DNA of 64,000 nucleotides from Burkholderiales bacterium (GTDB lineage Bacteria; Pseudomonadota; Gammaproteobacteria; Burkholderiales; Ga0077523): NCBI GenBank assembly GCA_019745565.1, contig JAIESW010000002.1, positions 62,799 to 126,798 of the forward strand, read 5' to 3'. Shown piece by piece: positions 60,885 to 64,000 of this stretch (position 1 is its first letter; each line of letters starts with the position of its first letter). The notes under the pieces were generated by a model. It saw only the letters and a program-made list of their open reading frames with translations, ran no database searches and was not told where the DNA came from. The position numbers and the translations under genes were made by a program.

Positions 60885-61736
60885 CTACCAGTCCGTGTTG
60901 AAGCCGCGGATGATCACCCCGCCTGACTTCTCGTCGTGCTCCAGTTCCACGAGCTTGCGTGATTCCGCTTCATCCAGCAGTTTGCTGAACGAGCCGAAGC
61001 CGTAGTAGCTCTCGTTGAAGCCGGGATTGCGGCGCTTCAGCGCCTGCTTGACCATCGAGCCCCAGATCTTGTCCTCGGCGCCGCGCTCCTCGAAGAGCGC
61101 TTCGACGGTTTCCATCACGACGTCGATGGCTTCCTGACGCTTTTCTTCCTCGGTCTTCGGCACCCGGTCGGCGTCGGTCTCGATGGCCGGCTCTGCACTG
61201 CCGTTCTTCGGTGCTGCCTTCGCCGGTGACTTGCGGCGCGTCGACGCCTGCTTCTTCGGTTTCTCGCGCACCAGATCATCGTAGTAGATGAACTCGTCGC
61301 AGTTCGCGATCAGGAGATCGGAGGTGGACTTCTTCACACCCACGCCGATGACGGTCTTGTTGTTCTCGCGCAGCTTCGACACGAGCGGCGAGAAATCGGA
61401 GTCGCCGGTGATCAGCACGAAGGTGTCCACGTGCGACTTGGTGTAGCAGAGGTCGAGTGCATCGACGACCATGCGGATGTCGGCGGAGTTCTTGCCGGAC
61501 TGCCGCACGTGCGGGATCTCGATCAGTTCGAAGGACGCCTCGTGCATGGGAGCCTTGAAGCTCTTGTAGCGATCCCAGTCGCAATAGGCCTTCTTGACGA
61601 CGATGCTGCCCTTCAGCAGCAGGCGCTCGAGGATCTTCTTGATGTCGAACTTCTCGTACTTCGCGTCGCGCACGCCGAGCGCCACGTTCTCGAAGTCGCA
61701 GAAAAGAGCCATGCTGGTGGTGTCTGTGTTTGCCAT
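60885..61736 (-). CDS. NYN (LabA/DUF88) ribonuclease-like domain protein with a C-terminal OST-HTH/LOTUS domain.
   Basis: ALFCDFENV...LITGDSDFSPLVSKLRENNKTVIGVG, then a basic linker and a LOTUS-like C-terminus (IWGSMVKQALKRRNPGFNESYYGFGSFSKLL). Confidence 0.8.
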   Translation of the reverse strand: MANTDTTSMALFCDFENVALGVRDAKYEKFDIKKILERLLLKGSIVVKKAYCDWDRYKSFKAPMHEASFELIEIPHVRQSGKNSADIRMVVDALDLCYTKSHVDTFVLITGDSDFSPLVSKLRENNKTVIGVGVKKSTSDLLIANCDEFIYYDDLVREKPKKQASTRRKSPAKAAPKNGSAEPAIETDADRVPKTEEEKRQEAIDVVMETVEALFEERGAEDKIWGSMVKQALKRRNPGFNESYYGFGSFSKLLDEAESRKLVELEHDEKSGGVIIRGFNTDW

Positions 61737-61739
61737 GCT

Positions 61740-62972
61740 TTAAGCCGCCTGTTCGCGGCGTGCCGCGGTGTTTTGACCTACGCCGAAGGCCGTCAGCAGC
61801 GCAGCTGCCTGGAAGATGCCGATCAGCACGAAGACGCCGCCCGGATGGTGCGTGTCCATCAGCGCGCCGAACAGCAGCGGCGAGAGCGACAGGCCCACGT
61901 CGAGCCCCGAGTAAACGACACCGTAGACGCGACCGGTCGCGTTGCGCGGCGCGGCGGCGCGCACCAGCAGGTCACGCGACGGTCCGGCGATGCCGGCACC
62001 GAAACCCATGACCGCGATGGCCACGGCGATCGTCGGCAGCGGCAACCAACCCGTGCCGATGAGCATCGCCATGGCCGCCATCAGCAGGAATGCTGCAGCG
62101 ATGATGCGTTCATGGTGACGCGTGCGCGCCGCAAGAAAACCGCCGCCGATCATGCCGCCTGCGTAGGACAGCATGAACAGCGTGATGCTCATCGAAGCGA
62201 GCGACAGCGGAGCGTTGTAGAGATCATGCAGCGCGGCCGGCATGAAGCTCTGCACGCCGCCCAGTGCCATCGCGGTGATGAAGAAGAAGGCGAAGCACAT
62301 CCACACGGCCGGGACGCGCAGGAACTCGAGGCTCGTCGCGGCGTGCTTTGCGGGGGCATGTCCAGGTCGAGGTGCTTCTTCGGCATCGAGCACACCGCGA
62401 TTCACCACCAGCAGGGCCAGAACACCGAACGCAAGCACGGCGGCGCCGACCAGTGCACCGCGCCAGCCGATCGTCACGGCGAGTCCGCCGAGGAAGACGG
62501 GCGCTGCGGCCCAACCCAATGTGCCGGCGATGCCGTGGACACTGAACGCATGCGCGAGCCGCGACGAACTCACGCGCCGGTTGAGCAGCGTGAAGTCCGC
62601 CGGATGGAACACGCTGTTGCCGAGGCCCGCGATGGCGGCGCCCAGCATCAGCATCGGGTAGTTCTGAGCGGCCGCGAGTGCGAGGGCCGAGAGGCCAAGG
62701 AGCGCGACGCCGGCGAACAGCACCGGCCGGGCGCCGACCCGATCCACCACGAATCCGGCGGTGGCCTGTCCCACACCGGAGATCACGAAGAACACCGAGA
62801 CCAGCAGACCCAATTCGGCGTAGCTGAGGCCGAACTGAATCTTGAGCCACGGAAACAGCGGCGCCACGATCAGGTGGAAGAAATGCGAAGTGCCGTGGGC
62901 GAGGCCGACGAGGCCGATCACGTGGGCATCGCGGCGGAAGGACTGATCGAGAGCAGCTGCGGGTGCAGACAT
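61740..62972 (-). CDS. MFS transporter.
   Basis: Twelve hydrophobic segments and GFVVDRVGARPVL (MFS loop 2-3). Its stop lies 3 nt before the NYN start. Confidence 0.8.
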   Translation of the reverse strand: MSAPAAALDQSFRRDAHVIGLVGLAHGTSHFFHLIVAPLFPWLKIQFGLSYAELGLLVSVFFVISGVGQATAGFVVDRVGARPVLFAGVALLGLSALALAAAQNYPMLMLGAAIAGLGNSVFHPADFTLLNRRVSSSRLAHAFSVHGIAGTLGWAAAPVFLGGLAVTIGWRGALVGAAVLAFGVLALLVVNRGVLDAEEAPRPGHAPAKHAATSLEFLRVPAVWMCFAFFFITAMALGGVQSFMPAALHDLYNAPLSLASMSITLFMLSYAGGMIGGGFLAARTRHHERIIAAAFLLMAAMAMLIGTGWLPLPTIAVAIAVMGFGAGIAGPSRDLLVRAAAPRNATGRVYGVVYSGLDVGLSLSPLLFGALMDTHHPGGVFVLIGIFQAAALLTAFGVGQNTAARREQAA

Positions 62973-63036
62973 CGAGGGTCGAAATTCAACGACAAGAAAG
63001 CGAGTATAGCCCGCGGCCTGCGATAATCCGTCCTGC

Positions 63037-63396
<360 letters not shown>

Positions 63397-63627
63397 CACT
63401 CCCTCGGCTGTCCGGACGGTCGTGTGGACCCATGCCGTGAGCGCATGAATGCGCGGTTACCGGACAACCGGAACTTGTCGGTCCTCAGCGACAGGCCTTA
63501 TCTCATCTATTTTCTTAGATAAATCGCCTAATCACATGAAAAAAAGACGTTTATAAGACCACTTCGTCTCGATTTGAGGACTTGCCCATAAGTCATTGTC
63601 CTGCTTGAGAAAACCCTAAAGTTGTCC

Positions 63628-63679
63628 TTGACCCTGTCGAAACTTTGCAATAGAGTGGGAAAAAGTTGGATAAAGTGGG
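63628..63679 (+). promoter_or_regulatory. Pmra-like sigma70 promoter with three MraZ-box direct repeats.
   Basis: -35 TTGACC (63628-33), a 17-nt spacer and -10 TAGAGT (63651-56). The boxes GTGGG (63655-59), GTTGG (63665-69) and GTGGG (63675-79) have exact 5-nt spacers. The region lies 40-90 nt upstream of mraZ. Confidence 0.65.
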
Positions 63680-63718
63680 TTTCTCTGAAAAATCAGTGCC
63701 AAGGCGGATCTTGAACGC

Positions 63719-64000
63719 ATGTTCCAGGGAGCGGCACAGCTCAGTCTCGATGCGAAAGGCCGGTTGGTGGTCCCAACCCGGCATCGGGACCGCTTGCTCT
63801 CTGAATCTCAGAGTAAGTTAGTACTAACAGCCCACCCCCATCGATGCCTGCTGCTGTACCCCGCCCCGGCGTGGGAGCCGATTCGCGCGCGGATGCTGGG
63901 CTTCTCGAGCTTCGACCCGCAGACCAGCCTGTGGAAGCGCTTGCTGGTCGGTTTCGCCGAGGAACTCGAATTGGACGCGAGCGGTCGCGTTCTGGTTTCG
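63719..64000 (+). CDS. mraZ: Transcriptional regulator MraZ (5' part; runs off the window end).
   Basis: My own translation is MFQGAAQLSLDAKGRLVVPTRHRDRLL...LVLTAHPHRCLLLYP. It is absent from the ORF track because no stop lies within the window. Confidence 0.9.
   Translation, partial: MFQGAAQLSLDAKGRLVVPTRHRDRLLSESQSKLVLTAHPHRCLLLYPAPAWEPIRARMLGFSSFDPQTSLWKRLLVGFAEELELDASGRVLVS

Noticed and set aside
61431-63026. 531-aa plus-strand ORF.
   Set aside because: It is antisense to the NYN and MFS genes. Its composition is His/Arg/Asp-rich and not protein-like.
63593-63784. 63-aa minus-strand ORF.
   Set aside because: It overlaps the Pmra promoter, the MraZ boxes and the mraZ 5' end on the opposite strand. 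The region is AT-rich and non-coding.

Overview
This is a 64-kb chromosomal segment from a high-GC proteobacterium. Gene content fits a Burkholderiales-type betaproteobacterium: two Bug/TctC-family binding proteins, birA-coaX-SPOR, rsmI/lpoA-yraN-diaA-dolP, and rnpB directly upstream of mraZ. That taxonomic call is an inference. I could run no searches, so every product call rests on motifs read by eye in the supplied translations. Most of the window is core genome (pepN, glnS, birA, coaX, pyrC, rsmI, ogt, alkA/ada, RNase P RNA, start of the dcw cluster). Five regions stand out. (1) nt 1-4583: a block with atypical composition encoding a frameshift-split Upf1-like helicase fused to a DUF559/Vsr-like nuclease, a 48-codon micro-ORF, a Cys-rich 207-aa unknown protein and a stand-alone DEDD exonuclease. 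The genes are chained by ATGA stop/start overlaps and the block ends 4 bp from the pepN stop. This is my best candidate for an undescribed nucleic-acid-targeting or defence-type module. (2) nt 16006-25663: a Pil-Chp chemosensory operon (pilG-pilH-pilI-pilJ-chpA) with a good sigma54 -24/-12 box upstream. In place of CheR/CheB homologues, it is followed at 1-nt spacing by a pseudo-receiver/Hanks Ser-Thr kinase fusion. (3) nt 39878-52110: a light and photo-oxidative-stress supercluster. It has a MerR/B12-binding LitR/CarH-like regulator, an FeS-type (6-4) photolyase-like protein and a ferritin-like protein. These diverge from an eight-gene overlapping operon (FAD oxidoreductase, DUF1365, CFA-synthase-like, chalcone-isomerase-like, MFS, DUF3833, SDR, SnoaL-like) followed by a CPD photolyase. 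The divergent promoter carries a perfect palindrome in a MerR-style position. (4) A family of roughly 90-bp nested-hairpin, REP-like G/C-rich repeats occurs at three loci. (5) A textbook Pmra promoter with three MraZ-box direct repeats lies at the right edge. The many long antisense ORFs in the track are high-GC artefacts and were rejected.
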